Translations under genes and position numbers: made by a program | The notes under the pieces: generated by a model | The model's input: the letters and a program-made list of their open reading frames with translations, nothing else | The model's database searches: none | What the model was told of the DNA's origin: nothing | In this document: piece after piece, positions 49,902-59,703 of the stretch | Position numbering within the stretch: the stretch's first letter is position 1 | Layout of the letters: every line of letters starts with the position of its first letter | From: an uncultured Flavobacterium sp. | GTDB taxonomy: Bacteria; Bacteroidota; Bacteroidia; Flavobacteriales; Flavobacteriaceae | Direction of reading: 5' to 3' | NCBI GenBank assembly: GCA_963509895.1 | Contig: CAUPCW010000003.1 | Coordinates: forward strand, 31,575-95,574 | DNA length: 64,000 bases

Positions 49902-51025
49902 TGAAGTTACTCATTGTTTCAACAGCTCCATTCGTTTTTAAAGGTAAAAAATGTTTTGCTTACAGCCCGTATGTAAAGGAGTTGGTCATTTGGAAAAAAT
50001 ATGCCAATGAAGTTTCATTTTGTTGTCCAATTTGGCAAAATCAAAACGGATTATTAGTTGAAGAAGTTTCATTTGAAATAAAAAAGCATTATAAATTAAT
50101 TGAGTTGAACTTAAATAGTTTTACAAATGTCATCCAAGCTTTTTTTTCTGCTTTCTGGAATGGTTTACTTATTTTCAAAGCGATGTACCAAGCCGATCAT
50201 ATTCATTTGCGTTGTCCTGGGAATATCGGTTTGATTGGATGTTTGGTTCAAATTTTATTTCCTTTCAAATCGAAAACGGCCAAGTACGCTGGCAACTGGG
50301 ATCCTAAAGCCAAACAACCTTGGAGCTATCGTTTGCAAAAATGGCTCTTGAGTAATACCTTTCTAACTCGCAACATGCAAGTATTGGTCTATGGAGAATG
50401 GGAAGGCAGTAGTAAAAACATACTCCCTTTTTTTACTGCCACGTACTGGGAAGCCGAAAAAGAACCGTTACAATCTCTTAGTTTTACTAACACCATTCGA
50501 TTTGTTTTTGTAGGGACTTTATCTAAAGGGAAACGTCCCTTATATGCTGTAAATTTGGTTCAAGCTTTGTTTAAACGAGGGTATGACGTTCAGTTAGAAT
50601 TGTATGGCGAAGGGTCAGAAAGAGCAGAATTAGAACAGCATATCAAAACTAATCAGTTGGGAAGCTTTATAGCATTGAAAGGTAATCAATCAAAAGAAAT
50701 TATTAAGGTAGCTTACCAAAACAGTCATTTTGTACACTTGCCCTCTCAAAGCGAGGGTTGGCCTAAAGCCATAGCGGAGGGGATGTTTTGGGGATGTGTC
50801 CCACTGGCGACTTCGATTTCCTGTGTCCCATTTATGTTGGATTATGGCAATAGAGGGGTGGTGTTAACTACTAATTTAGAACAAGATGTTCAGCAAATAA
50901 TTGTCATTTTGAATGATGAGGTAGATTATTTAGAAAAAAGAGAGCAAGCCTCTGAGTGGTCCAGAAAGTATACTTTGGATGTTTTTGAAAATGAAATAAA
51001 AAGAATAGTTTTTAGTTCTCAGTGA
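49901..51025 (+). CDS. Glycosyltransferase family 4
   Basis: FVGTLSKGKR, PSQSEGWPKAIAEG. Confidence 0.88.
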   Translation: MKLLIVSTAPFVFKGKKCFAYSPYVKELVIWKKYANEVSFCCPIWQNQNGLLVEEVSFEIKKHYKLIELNLNSFTNVIQAFFSAFWNGLLIFKAMYQADHIHLRCPGNIGLIGCLVQILFPFKSKTAKYAGNWDPKAKQPWSYRLQKWLLSNTFLTRNMQVLVYGEWEGSSKNILPFFTATYWEAEKEPLQSLSFTNTIRFVFVGTLSKGKRPLYAVNLVQALFKRGYDVQLELYGEGSERAELEQHIKTNQLGSFIALKGNQSKEIIKVAYQNSHFVHLPSQSEGWPKAIAEGMFWGCVPLATSISCVPFMLDYGNRGVVLTTNLEQDVQQIIVILNDEVDYLEKREQASEWSRKYTLDVFENEIKRIVFSSQ

Positions 51026-51067
51026 GTAGTCCTTAGTTTCTTATTCCATTAAATTTAATATCGTTAT

Positions 51068-52138
51068 ATGCGCATTTTACAACTCATAGACTCCTTAGAA
51101 GCTGGTGGTGCAGAGCGAATGGCTCTAAATTATGCCAACGCACTTGCGGATATCCTAGAGTTTTCAGCGCTTGTAGCTACACGAAAGGAAGGGGCTTTGT
51201 TAGAACAAATCGATTCGAAAGTGACTTATCTTTTTTTGCATAAAAAAATGCAACTCGATTTTAGAGCGCTATGGCGTTTGCGTTCTTTTGTTCTGCAGCA
51301 TACTATCACCCATGTTCATGCCCATAGTACCTCTTTTTTTATGGCCTTTCTTCTTAAACTGACTTTACCATCTTTGAAGATAATTTGGCATTATCATTAT
51401 GGAAATTATAAAGGAATATCAAAAAAAAGAATTTTTATTTTTAAGAGTATAATCCCCTTTTTTAATGCGGTAATTTCAGTAAATCTGAATTTGAAAAGTT
51501 GGATTGAAACTGAGCTAAAATCTAAAAATGTTACTTATTTGCCCAATTTTTCAGTGATAACTAAAGTGGAGAATAATACCAATCTACTAGGTAATGAAGG
51601 TAAACGGATACTGTCCTTAGCTAATTTTAGAGCGGATAAGAATCAATTCTTACTTTTGGAAATTGCTACTATGTTTAAAATTATTCATCCTGATTGGACG
51701 TTTCATTTGGTAGGCAAAGATTTTGAAGATGAATATTCTCAAGAAATTAAAAGTAAAATAAAGGAATTAGAACTAGAAAATCAGGTATTTTTGTATGGTT
51801 CTAGAACTGATATCAGTTTTATTTTGAATCAAAGTGATATTGGAATTTTGACTTCTGTTTCAGAGGGGTTGCCTGTAGCTTTGCTAGAGTATGGGATGCA
51901 ATCGTTACCTGTTGTAGTAACAGCTGTGGGCGAATTGCCGAATATTATAAGTAATGGTGTCAATGGTTTAGTTGTGCCTTCGAATGATGCTGAGTCTTTT
52001 TGCAAAGCCTTAGTTGCTTTAATTTCAGATGGCTCAATGCGTAAAAGGATGGCTTTGGCATTACATCAAACAGTTTCAGAGGAATATTCTTCAAAAGGGG
52101 TTTTACATCAGTATCTTCAATGGTTAGAAAGTTTATAA
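51068..52138 (+). CDS. Glycosyltransferase family 4
   Basis: LEAGGAER, SEGLPVALLEYG, TAVG. Confidence 0.9.
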   Translation: MRILQLIDSLEAGGAERMALNYANALADILEFSALVATRKEGALLEQIDSKVTYLFLHKKMQLDFRALWRLRSFVLQHTITHVHAHSTSFFMAFLLKLTLPSLKIIWHYHYGNYKGISKKRIFIFKSIIPFFNAVISVNLNLKSWIETELKSKNVTYLPNFSVITKVENNTNLLGNEGKRILSLANFRADKNQFLLLEIATMFKIIHPDWTFHLVGKDFEDEYSQEIKSKIKELELENQVFLYGSRTDISFILNQSDIGILTSVSEGLPVALLEYGMQSLPVVVTAVGELPNIISNGVNGLVVPSNDAESFCKALVALISDGSMRKRMALALHQTVSEEYSSKGVLHQYLQWLESL

Positions 52139-52139
52139 A

Positions 52140-53483
52140 ATGAAAAAAGAAGAGGTCGTTTATCTTTATTTATTAGCCCTACATGCTTTTTTAGGCTTTG
52201 TGTTTTTTTTGTTTCCTTTTCTTAGTAAAGTGTATGGTATTGCGATATTGGTTTTCGGAATATATTACATTACTCAATCCAAAAATAAACAAAATGAAGC
52301 GCTATTAATGGCGGCTTATGCAGTAGGTGCCGAAATCATGCTCCGAATGACGGGAGGAGCTTTTGTTAATGAGTATGGAAAATATCTCGTCATGATTTTT
52401 CTTTTTTTAGGAATGCTTTTTTCAGGGTTTTCTAGAAATGCCTTGGTGTATTGGTTGTTTTTGTTTTTTTTAGTGCCAAGTGTGGTACTTTCAACTATAA
52501 CTTTAGATGTTACTACTGACGTTAAAAAAGCCATAGTTTTTAATATATCGGGACCAGTTTGTTTGGGGATTGCAGCCATTTATTGCTTCAAAAGAGAGCT
52601 TACTTTTCAGCGATTGCTTGGAGTAATCACAGCTTTTTCTTTGCCTTTACTTTGTTTGATTACCTATTTATATTTTTACACCCCCAACATACAAGATGTA
52701 GTTACGGGTACACAATCTAATTTTGAAACTTCGGGCGGATTTGGCCCAAATCAAGTTTCTACCATTTTAGGTTTAGGTGTTTTTATCTTTTTTGTGCAAT
52801 TGATGCTCAATTCTTCTAATGGATTACTTCAAATTATTAATGGAGGTTTAGTGTTGTTTTTTGCTTACAGAGGGTTAATTACTTTCTCTAGAGGGGGCGT
52901 TTACACTGGTGTAGCCATGATTCTTTTGTTATTAGCGATTTTGTATTTTCAAGCTAATTTTAAAACTAAGCCCAAAATTGCAGGGATTATATTGTTGTCT
53001 TTTTTAGCGACTTTGGCGGTTTGGAGTTATAGTTCTATAAAAACCAATGGGTTGTTAGATAAACGCTATGCCAATCAAGATGCGGCAGGAAGAGAAAAAC
53101 AAAGTCAACTTTCAGGAAGAGAAGTTTTAATAGAATCGGAATTGAAGATGTTTTATGAAAACCCTATTTTTGGTGTGGGGGTAGGAAAGAATAAAGAGCT
53201 TAGAAAAAGTCAAACAGGTATTGATTTGGCTACTCATAACGAAATTACTCGAATGTTGGCAGAGCACGGAACTCTGGGTGTGATAGGGCTGTTGATTTTA
53301 GTATTGACACCACTTTATTTATTTGCGGTGGACAGACAAAACATACTAGCGCTTTCTTTTTTTATATTTTGGTTATTGACCATCAATCATGCTGCTATGC
53401 GTTTAGCAGCACCTGCCTTCATTTATGCCTTATCACTTTTAAAAGTTCACCGCGTTGAAGCACTTACTGTACCTCGGGAATAA
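52140..53483 (+). CDS. O-antigen ligase/polymerase family membrane protein
   Basis: Multi-TM; TFSRGG, SGR, PIFGVGVG, HNEITRMLAEHG (Wzy_C-like pattern). Confidence 0.82.
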   Translation: MKKEEVVYLYLLALHAFLGFVFFLFPFLSKVYGIAILVFGIYYITQSKNKQNEALLMAAYAVGAEIMLRMTGGAFVNEYGKYLVMIFLFLGMLFSGFSRNALVYWLFLFFLVPSVVLSTITLDVTTDVKKAIVFNISGPVCLGIAAIYCFKRELTFQRLLGVITAFSLPLLCLITYLYFYTPNIQDVVTGTQSNFETSGGFGPNQVSTILGLGVFIFFVQLMLNSSNGLLQIINGGLVLFFAYRGLITFSRGGVYTGVAMILLLLAILYFQANFKTKPKIAGIILLSFLATLAVWSYSSIKTNGLLDKRYANQDAAGREKQSQLSGREVLIESELKMFYENPIFGVGVGKNKELRKSQTGIDLATHNEITRMLAEHGTLGVIGLLILVLTPLYLFAVDRQNILALSFFIFWLLTINHAAMRLAAPAFIYALSLLKVHRVEALTVPRE

Positions 53484-54471
53484 ATTAGCTCAAAATGGGG
53501 CAAATCCAACGACTATTGACACCTTGGGGCCACTACTAGAAAAAGAGGGGTTCAAAATAAGCTATGCTTCTACTAAATCTAACAAAGTAGTGCGCCTACT
53601 AGACATGATTTTTACCACTTGTTTTACTAGGAAAGTAAATTATGTATTGATAGACACTTATAGTACGACAAATTTTTGGTATGCTTTTATAGTGAGCCGA
53701 ATATGCTACATGAGGAATTTGAAGTATATTCCCATTTTGCATGGTGGCAATTTGCCTCATCGATGGCAAACTCATCCTAAAAGTTGTAAGTTACTTTTTC
53801 ATCATGCCTTTCGAAATGTTTGTCCCTCGCCCTATTTATTACAAGTATTCGAGGAGTTGGCATGCCCGAATTTAGTGCACATACCAAATGCTCTAGAAAC
53901 AAGAAACTATACTTTTAAAGAAAGAACTGCAATACAGCCTAAACTCCTATGGGTGCGCGCTTTTACCGAAATATATAATCCTACTATGGCCATTCAGGTT
54001 CTGGATCGACTAGTTAAAGAATTCCCTGAGGCGGAACTTTGTATGGTAGGACCCGATAAAGATGGGAGTCTAGAAAAAACGAGACTATTAGCCCAAAGCT
54101 TAGGCTTAAAAGTCACTTTTCCGGGACAATTATCTAAATCAGCATGGATACAACTTTCGGAGCAATATGATGTTTTTCTCAATACTACCCATTTTGACAA
54201 TATGCCTGTGAGTGTTATTGAGGCTATGAGTTTAGGATTGGCTGTAGTTTCTACTAGAGTAGGAGGTATTCCATTTCTGATTGAAGATAGTAAAGAGGGA
54301 CTTTTAGTAGACGACAACGATATACAATCGATGAGTGATGCTATTCAGTTTTTATTGGAAAATCCTTCAGAATTTAGTAGAATTACAAAAAAAGCGAGGA
54401 AAAAAGTGGCTCTTTTTGAATGGGAAAGGATCAAAGAAAAATGGGTCACAATTTTGAATAATCCCTGCTAG
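53455..54471 (+). CDS. Glycosyltransferase family 4
   Basis: LWVRAF...YNP, DNMPVSVIEAM, STRVGGIP. Confidence 0.9.
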   Translation: MKHLLYLGNKLAQNGANPTTIDTLGPLLEKEGFKISYASTKSNKVVRLLDMIFTTCFTRKVNYVLIDTYSTTNFWYAFIVSRICYMRNLKYIPILHGGNLPHRWQTHPKSCKLLFHHAFRNVCPSPYLLQVFEELACPNLVHIPNALETRNYTFKERTAIQPKLLWVRAFTEIYNPTMAIQVLDRLVKEFPEAELCMVGPDKDGSLEKTRLLAQSLGLKVTFPGQLSKSAWIQLSEQYDVFLNTTHFDNMPVSVIEAMSLGLAVVSTRVGGIPFLIEDSKEGLLVDDNDIQSMSDAIQFLLENPSEFSRITKKARKKVALFEWERIKEKWVTILNNPC

Positions 54472-54513
54472 TATAGTTAAATTTCAGTAACTTGCGTTCG
54501 AATACCACCGTTT

Positions 54514-55905
54514 ATGAACAAGAAGAGAATGCATTTCGAACTTTCGGAAAGAAAGTTTCTATTACGTATAATCGATGTCCTCGTAGTAATGGGTGCATTG
54601 TATTTGTTGACCCAAGTATTTCATTTTACTTATTTTAATTTTTCTACTGAAACATTTTATTGGTCAATTGTTTTTTCTATTTATTTGTTGCTCTTTGGTG
54701 GTGTTTTTGAAATGTATAATCTTCAAGTGGCTAGTAATCCATTTCAGATATTGAAAAGCACCATTTTGACGACTACCGCTACTGTTTTCGTCTATTTGCT
54801 GACACCTATTTTATCTCCTCAATTGCCCAAAAGTAGATTACAATTGATTGTTTTTTATGCCACTGTTTTTTTAGCCTTATATCTTTGGCGTATTTTTTAT
54901 GTAAAATTTTTAGCCACAAATAGGTTTGTGCAAAATGTAGTATTGATTTGTGATAAGGGGCAGTTAGAACAATTAGTGGTTGACTTAGAAGATGCAGATC
55001 CTTATTATAGAATCATAGGATATGTAAATTCAGATAAATCAAATGTAAAAGAACAAGAGTACAAACTTAAAAAAGAAATTCCAGTAGAACTGTTAACCAA
55101 ATTTGTCACTAGAACTGGTGTCTCAGAGATTGTGGTCGCTTCTCAAAAAACAGATGGTATTACCACAGAATTGTATCAGCAACTCTTGCATTTACTCGAG
55201 TCTGGTAAAAGCATCAGAGAATATGTTCATGTGTATGAAAATAAAACACAGCGCATACCAGTACACCAAATAGCTGAAGATTTTTATCGTTTTTTTCCTT
55301 TTAGTAGGAGCAATCAAAACAAATTGTATTTGTACCAAGTTCGATTATTTGAACTTTTGTTTTCTTTTACGGGTATTATAATTGGTGCGCTGCTAGTTCC
55401 TTTCTTGGCAATCGCCAATTGGTTTTGGAACCGAGGCCCTTTGTTTTATACTCAGGAACGAGTAGGGAAAGATGGTGTTTTATTCAAAATCTATAAGTTC
55501 AGAAGTATGGTAGAAAATGCTGAGAAACATGGAGCAGTGTTCTCTATGATTGGCGATACTAGAGTTACTCCCTTTGGAAAATTTTTGAGAAAAACCAGAA
55601 TTGATGAAATTCCACAGTTTTTGAATATTCTAAAAGGGGATATGGGGGTTATTGGCCCACGTCCTGAGCGACCTATGTTTGTAGAAGAAATTTCGGCTAT
55701 TATGCCATTTTATGAAACCCGACACATCATCAAGCCAGGGCTAACCGGATGGGCACAAGTAAACTATAACTATGGAGAGTCTATAGAAGAGAGTTTAGTC
55801 AAACTTCAATATGATTTGTATTACATCAAACATCGAAGTGTTTTTATAGATGTTAGTATCATTTTTAAAACCATCTCCACTGTGGTGTTTTATCGAGGGC
55901 AATAA
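54514..55905 (+). CDS. Priming sugar transferase (polyprenyl glycosylphosphotransferase)
   Basis: QERVG, IYKFRSM, RKTRIDEIPQ, IGPRPERP, KPGLTGWAQV, YDLYYI. Confidence 0.95.
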   Translation: MNKKRMHFELSERKFLLRIIDVLVVMGALYLLTQVFHFTYFNFSTETFYWSIVFSIYLLLFGGVFEMYNLQVASNPFQILKSTILTTTATVFVYLLTPILSPQLPKSRLQLIVFYATVFLALYLWRIFYVKFLATNRFVQNVVLICDKGQLEQLVVDLEDADPYYRIIGYVNSDKSNVKEQEYKLKKEIPVELLTKFVTRTGVSEIVVASQKTDGITTELYQQLLHLLESGKSIREYVHVYENKTQRIPVHQIAEDFYRFFPFSRSNQNKLYLYQVRLFELLFSFTGIIIGALLVPFLAIANWFWNRGPLFYTQERVGKDGVLFKIYKFRSMVENAEKHGAVFSMIGDTRVTPFGKFLRKTRIDEIPQFLNILKGDMGVIGPRPERPMFVEEISAIMPFYETRHIIKPGLTGWAQVNYNYGESIEESLVKLQYDLYYIKHRSVFIDVSIIFKTISTVVFYRGQ

Positions 55906-55969
55906 GGATCTTAAATCTTAAAAGAGTAAGAAGGCAGAAGTAAAATGGAAAGATTCCTTACTCTTAAAT

Positions 55970-56102
55970 CCCATCACCCATCACCTAATACCCAACACCC
56001 AATACTTAACACCCAATACTTAACACCCAATACTTAACACCCAATACCTAACACCCAATACCTAACACCCATCACCTAATACCCAACACCTAATACCCAA
56101 CA
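55970..56102 (-). repeat. 19-heptamer tract (G/T-rich on the minus strand) between convergent genes
   Basis: cccaata cttaaca ... on the + strand; lies 3' of the minus-strand gene ending at 56117. Confidence 0.95.
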
Positions 56103-56116
56103 CCCTAATCAAAAAA

Positions 56117-57283
56117 TCACTTGTTGCTTTGATGTATTCGGTAGACTAAAAATGAAGTAACACCAATTAAGGGGAATAGGAATAAGAAAGGTGCTTTATT
56201 GACTAATAATATCGTGTACAACAAGAAGCATCCCCAGTTAATATAAACCAACCATTGCGTAGCTTTTTTGTTTTTTTGAAGGACAAAAAACACCAATAAA
56301 AGTAAAGTGGGATTAAATAAAAGGACATTATAATTATTAGCCAATTCAGGATGCAAAGAATAGCAACCCATAAATAGGAAGAACAGTCCCAAAATCCCCA
56401 TCAAAGTCAAAAAAGTCAACATAACACTTCTTTTTCTCCAGAATACCAACACTAACAAAAAGGCGCCATACGTATAAGCATTATTCCACCAAGAATTTGG
56501 AATTGAGGGTGTAACTGTTAAAAGAGAAGCAACAGGTTCGCTAAGGGTTTGGTTATGAAATTTAGCCGATGTAAGACTTTCCAATAAATCAAAGGGAAGA
56601 AAAAGAGTAGTCGCTTTTTCGTCTACTTTTGTGCCAAAGATAATGCTGGTGCCCAATTGCTCATAAAAATGATGATTGAAATAAGGAAATAACACACTAC
56701 GATACGTACTGTCGCTAGCTTTGGTTTTGGTTATCACCTTGGAACCTAGAGCGTCATTAAGTAAATCGACTACCATTGTAGTACAATTTTTATCTATGAA
56801 TTTATAGGTGTAAAAGCGCTCTTCCGATTGTAAAGTATGGTTGAGTTGATCAAAAAGGTGTTGTTTTAAAGGGAGTGCTATGCGCAATTTTTGTTCATAC
56901 ACACTTCTTTCTTCATATTGGTATTGGTTGATGAAATCCAAATAGGAGTGAGCGACAACAAAATATTGTAAATCACCCTTAGCAAATTGCGCCACAAAAT
57001 TGGGCGTCGAAAAATCAAAGGCGCCGTAATTATAGACTACATCTAAAGATTGGTTAGGATCACTAATTCGAAGTGCGGTATGTCCGAAAAGAGAATAGGA
57101 TGCATTACCCGTTGAACACGTCAACACACTCACTGTCGCTTTTGGTGAAAGTGGTGAAAGTTGTGCTGAAGCCCATGAACTCCATAAGATGAGAACTATG
57201 AGTGAAAATTTATTTAGAGCAGCAGATGAAGGAATCCAATTCATAAAAACAAGCCAATTAGTAGTGGTGTAAAAATAGCGCAT
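56117..57283 (-). CDS. DUF4105 / Lnb-like protein
   Basis: VLTC, YSLFGHTALR, YNYGAFDF, YKFIDKNCTT; C-terminal TM helices. Confidence 0.85.
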   Translation of the reverse strand: MRYFYTTTNWLVFMNWIPSSAALNKFSLIVLILWSSWASAQLSPLSPKATVSVLTCSTGNASYSLFGHTALRISDPNQSLDVVYNYGAFDFSTPNFVAQFAKGDLQYFVVAHSYLDFINQYQYEERSVYEQKLRIALPLKQHLFDQLNHTLQSEERFYTYKFIDKNCTTMVVDLLNDALGSKVITKTKASDSTYRSVLFPYFNHHFYEQLGTSIIFGTKVDEKATTLFLPFDLLESLTSAKFHNQTLSEPVASLLTVTPSIPNSWWNNAYTYGAFLLVLVFWRKRSVMLTFLTLMGILGLFFLFMGCYSLHPELANNYNVLLFNPTLLLLVFFVLQKNKKATQWLVYINWGCFLLYTILLVNKAPFLFLFPLIGVTSFLVYRIHQSNK

Positions 57284-57683
57284 TCTATTGAGTTGTTAGT
57301 ATTCTCAACGAAAAATATATGTTTAAGTTTTCATCAGAAATTGAATCTAATTTGGTTAATCGTGTAAATGTTTAATCGTTTAACCGTTTGTTTACTTTGT
57401 TGTTAAGTTTTAGCCACGTATTTTGGGCATAGCATTTATTTGTAAATTAGTTAATCGTTTAATTATTTTAAACTTTGTGTAAATCTTTGCGCCCTTTGCA
57501 GTTAAACTTTTTAACCAAGTATTTTTAGCTAAACTTGAATGTCCTTTTCTATGTGCCGCATTACAAAGCAGCAACAGTTTGTAGGAACCTACATGTCTTA
57601 TATGTTTGTTTTTTTTGGTGCACTTTGCTTAAACCTTTGCTCACTTTGCTGTTAAGTTTTAGCTACTATTTTTGCTGTTATCA

Positions 57684-57710
57684 TTCCCTCTTCTTGGGGT
57701 TAGGGGGCTT
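57684..57710 (-). repeat. CCCCCTAACCCC...GGG palindromic motif directly 3' of a stop codon
   Basis: Reverse complement AAGCCCCCTAACCCCAAGAAGAGGGAA matches 23730-23752 GCCCCCTAACCCCAAAGGGGGAA. Confidence 0.75.
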
Positions 57711-57711
57711 T

Positions 57712-58782
57712 TTACTTTCTAAATTGACCCAAATCGACTTTTACCGAAAAAATATTCGAATACAAAGCTACGCCTTGGTTACCTAAATTGGTCAAGGCAT
57801 AATCTATTTGGATGCCTTTGTACTGAAATCCCAATCCGATGTTGGGTTGGAAATTGGTTTTTTCGCTAGCGTCTAATTGAGTTACTTTTTGAAAATTACC
57901 CACACCTGCTCTCAGAAAAACCAAATCCGTATAGCCCAATTCGAAGCCCAAAGCCGGATCAATACTCACAAGGTCAGTTGCTATGATATCATTCGTTTTG
58001 GTGAATCGCATGTTGAGGTTGGCAGCAGCCAATAGGCTATAATCGTAGTGAATAATAAATTTTTTAGAAATCCCTAATTGTGCTTTTGGTGCTGTAATTT
58101 CAGTGCTTTCAGGAAGTTCTTGGTTTTGTCCCGGAATGGCATCGGCAATGGCTTGGTATTTTTTTTCGTCGATATTCCAGATATTATAAGTGGTGGTTAA
58201 GTCTCGAATAAGCAAACCGAATTGCCAATTGTTGCGTTCGAATTGTAACCCTACATCAAAACCAAAACCCCAAGAATTGGCAAAATCTCCAATAATTCGA
58301 CGCACTACTTTGGCATTAACACCATATTGAAAACCAGGAACCGGGAGTTTTCGAGCATAGGAAAAAGTAAAACCGTAATCGGCAGTAGAGAATAACTCAA
58401 TACGATTGTAATCGATATTTCCTTGATTGTCTATTAATTCGGTGGTATTTAATATATCATCTACCCCAAAACGAATCAATGAAATTCCCCAACTGCTTCT
58501 ATCGTCTATGGGTGTGGCATAAGCCAAATAGTCATATTGCGCAATATTAGCAAAATAATTGGCGTGCATAGCCGCTACCTGATGGTCTTTGAGATGCGTC
58601 AAACCAGCAGGATTCCAATAGCCAGCATTGACATCGGCCGTGAAAGAAACGGCGGTATTCGACATGCCCAAAGCTGCCGCATCTACTCCAATACTTAAAA
58701 ACTCATTAGAATATTTCCGAACCGATTGGGCATATAATGAGCAAGTACCAAGTACTAAAAAAAACGAAAGAATCTTTTTCAA
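57712..58782 (-). CDS. PorV/PorQ-family outer-membrane protein (T9SS-associated family)
   Basis: Signal peptide, FLSIGVDAAALGM, YWNPAGL, C-terminal beta strands (IDYAL). Confidence 0.75.
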   Translation of the reverse strand: MKKILSFFLVLGTCSLYAQSVRKYSNEFLSIGVDAAALGMSNTAVSFTADVNAGYWNPAGLTHLKDHQVAAMHANYFANIAQYDYLAYATPIDDRSSWGISLIRFGVDDILNTTELIDNQGNIDYNRIELFSTADYGFTFSYARKLPVPGFQYGVNAKVVRRIIGDFANSWGFGFDVGLQFERNNWQFGLLIRDLTTTYNIWNIDEKKYQAIADAIPGQNQELPESTEITAPKAQLGISKKFIIHYDYSLLAAANLNMRFTKTNDIIATDLVSIDPALGFELGYTDLVFLRAGVGNFQKVTQLDASEKTNFQPNIGLGFQYKGIQIDYALTNLGNQGVALYSNIFSVKVDLGQFRK

Positions 58783-58967
58783 AAGCTATGAGGGCTAGTT
58801 GTGGTGAATAATTTTTCAAAAATAGAATTTTTTAGGGAGCTTATTCCTCACTTTCAACAGAATTCTGTTTTCTTTGACTACTATAGAAGAAACTCTGATA
58901 AAAAACGTACTTCTCTTTCAGTTATTATCTTAATTTTGCCCTTTACATATTTTAATTAAAATCTAAA

Positions 58968-59693
58968 ATGGCTATCAAAAAACACATTCCTAATATCATT
59001 ACGTTGTTGAACTTATTTTGTGGTTGTATTGCTGTAACTTTTGTAGTGCAACAACAATTCGAAATGGCTTTTTATTTTGTTTGTTTAGGCATTTTTCTTG
59101 ATTTTTTTGATGGTTTCTTTGCACGTCTTTTTCAGGTTGCAAGTCCATTAGGACTGCAATTAGATTCTTTGGCTGATATGGTGACTAGCGGTGTGGTTCC
59201 TGGTTTGACGATGTTTTACATGATGTTGGAAGCCTTTGGTTTACAAATTAGCGATCCATTTACCGGCCAATATGCATTGGCTTTTTTGGGTTTTTTGGTT
59301 ACGCTGGGTTCTTGTTATCGATTGGCTAATTTTAATATTGATACACGACAAACCGACTCTTTTATTGGTTTACCAACTCCAGCCAACGCTTTGTTTATTC
59401 TGAGTTTGCCCTTGGTTATTCGTCATTTTGATTCGTTTATGCTGTTCGAATTATTGTCGAATTATGGGGTGCTTTTGGTAATCAGTATAGGAAGCGCTTA
59501 CATCCTGAATGCTGAAATTCCTTTGTTTTCCTTGAAAGTCAAAAAGCTGACTGTTAAAGATAATAAACTAACTTTTTTCTTTTTGGCCGTTTCTTTGTTG
59601 TTATTGGTAACCCTACAGTTTTTAGGAATTCCGTTGGTTATTCTTTTTTATGTTTTTCTTTCTATTATTAATAATAAATGGATAAAGCAATAG
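58968..59693 (+). CDS. pssA: CDP-alcohol phosphatidyltransferase (phosphatidylserine synthase-like)
   Basis: PNIITLLN, DFFDGFFAR, LGLQLDSLADMVT, RLANFN, FIGLPTP. Confidence 0.85.
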   Translation: MAIKKHIPNIITLLNLFCGCIAVTFVVQQQFEMAFYFVCLGIFLDFFDGFFARLFQVASPLGLQLDSLADMVTSGVVPGLTMFYMMLEAFGLQISDPFTGQYALAFLGFLVTLGSCYRLANFNIDTRQTDSFIGLPTPANALFILSLPLVIRHFDSFMLFELLSNYGVLLVISIGSAYILNAEIPLFSLKVKKLTVKDNKLTFFFLAVSLLLLVTLQFLGIPLVILFYVFLSIINNKWIKQ

Positions 59694-59703
59694 GGATTTC
59701 AAT

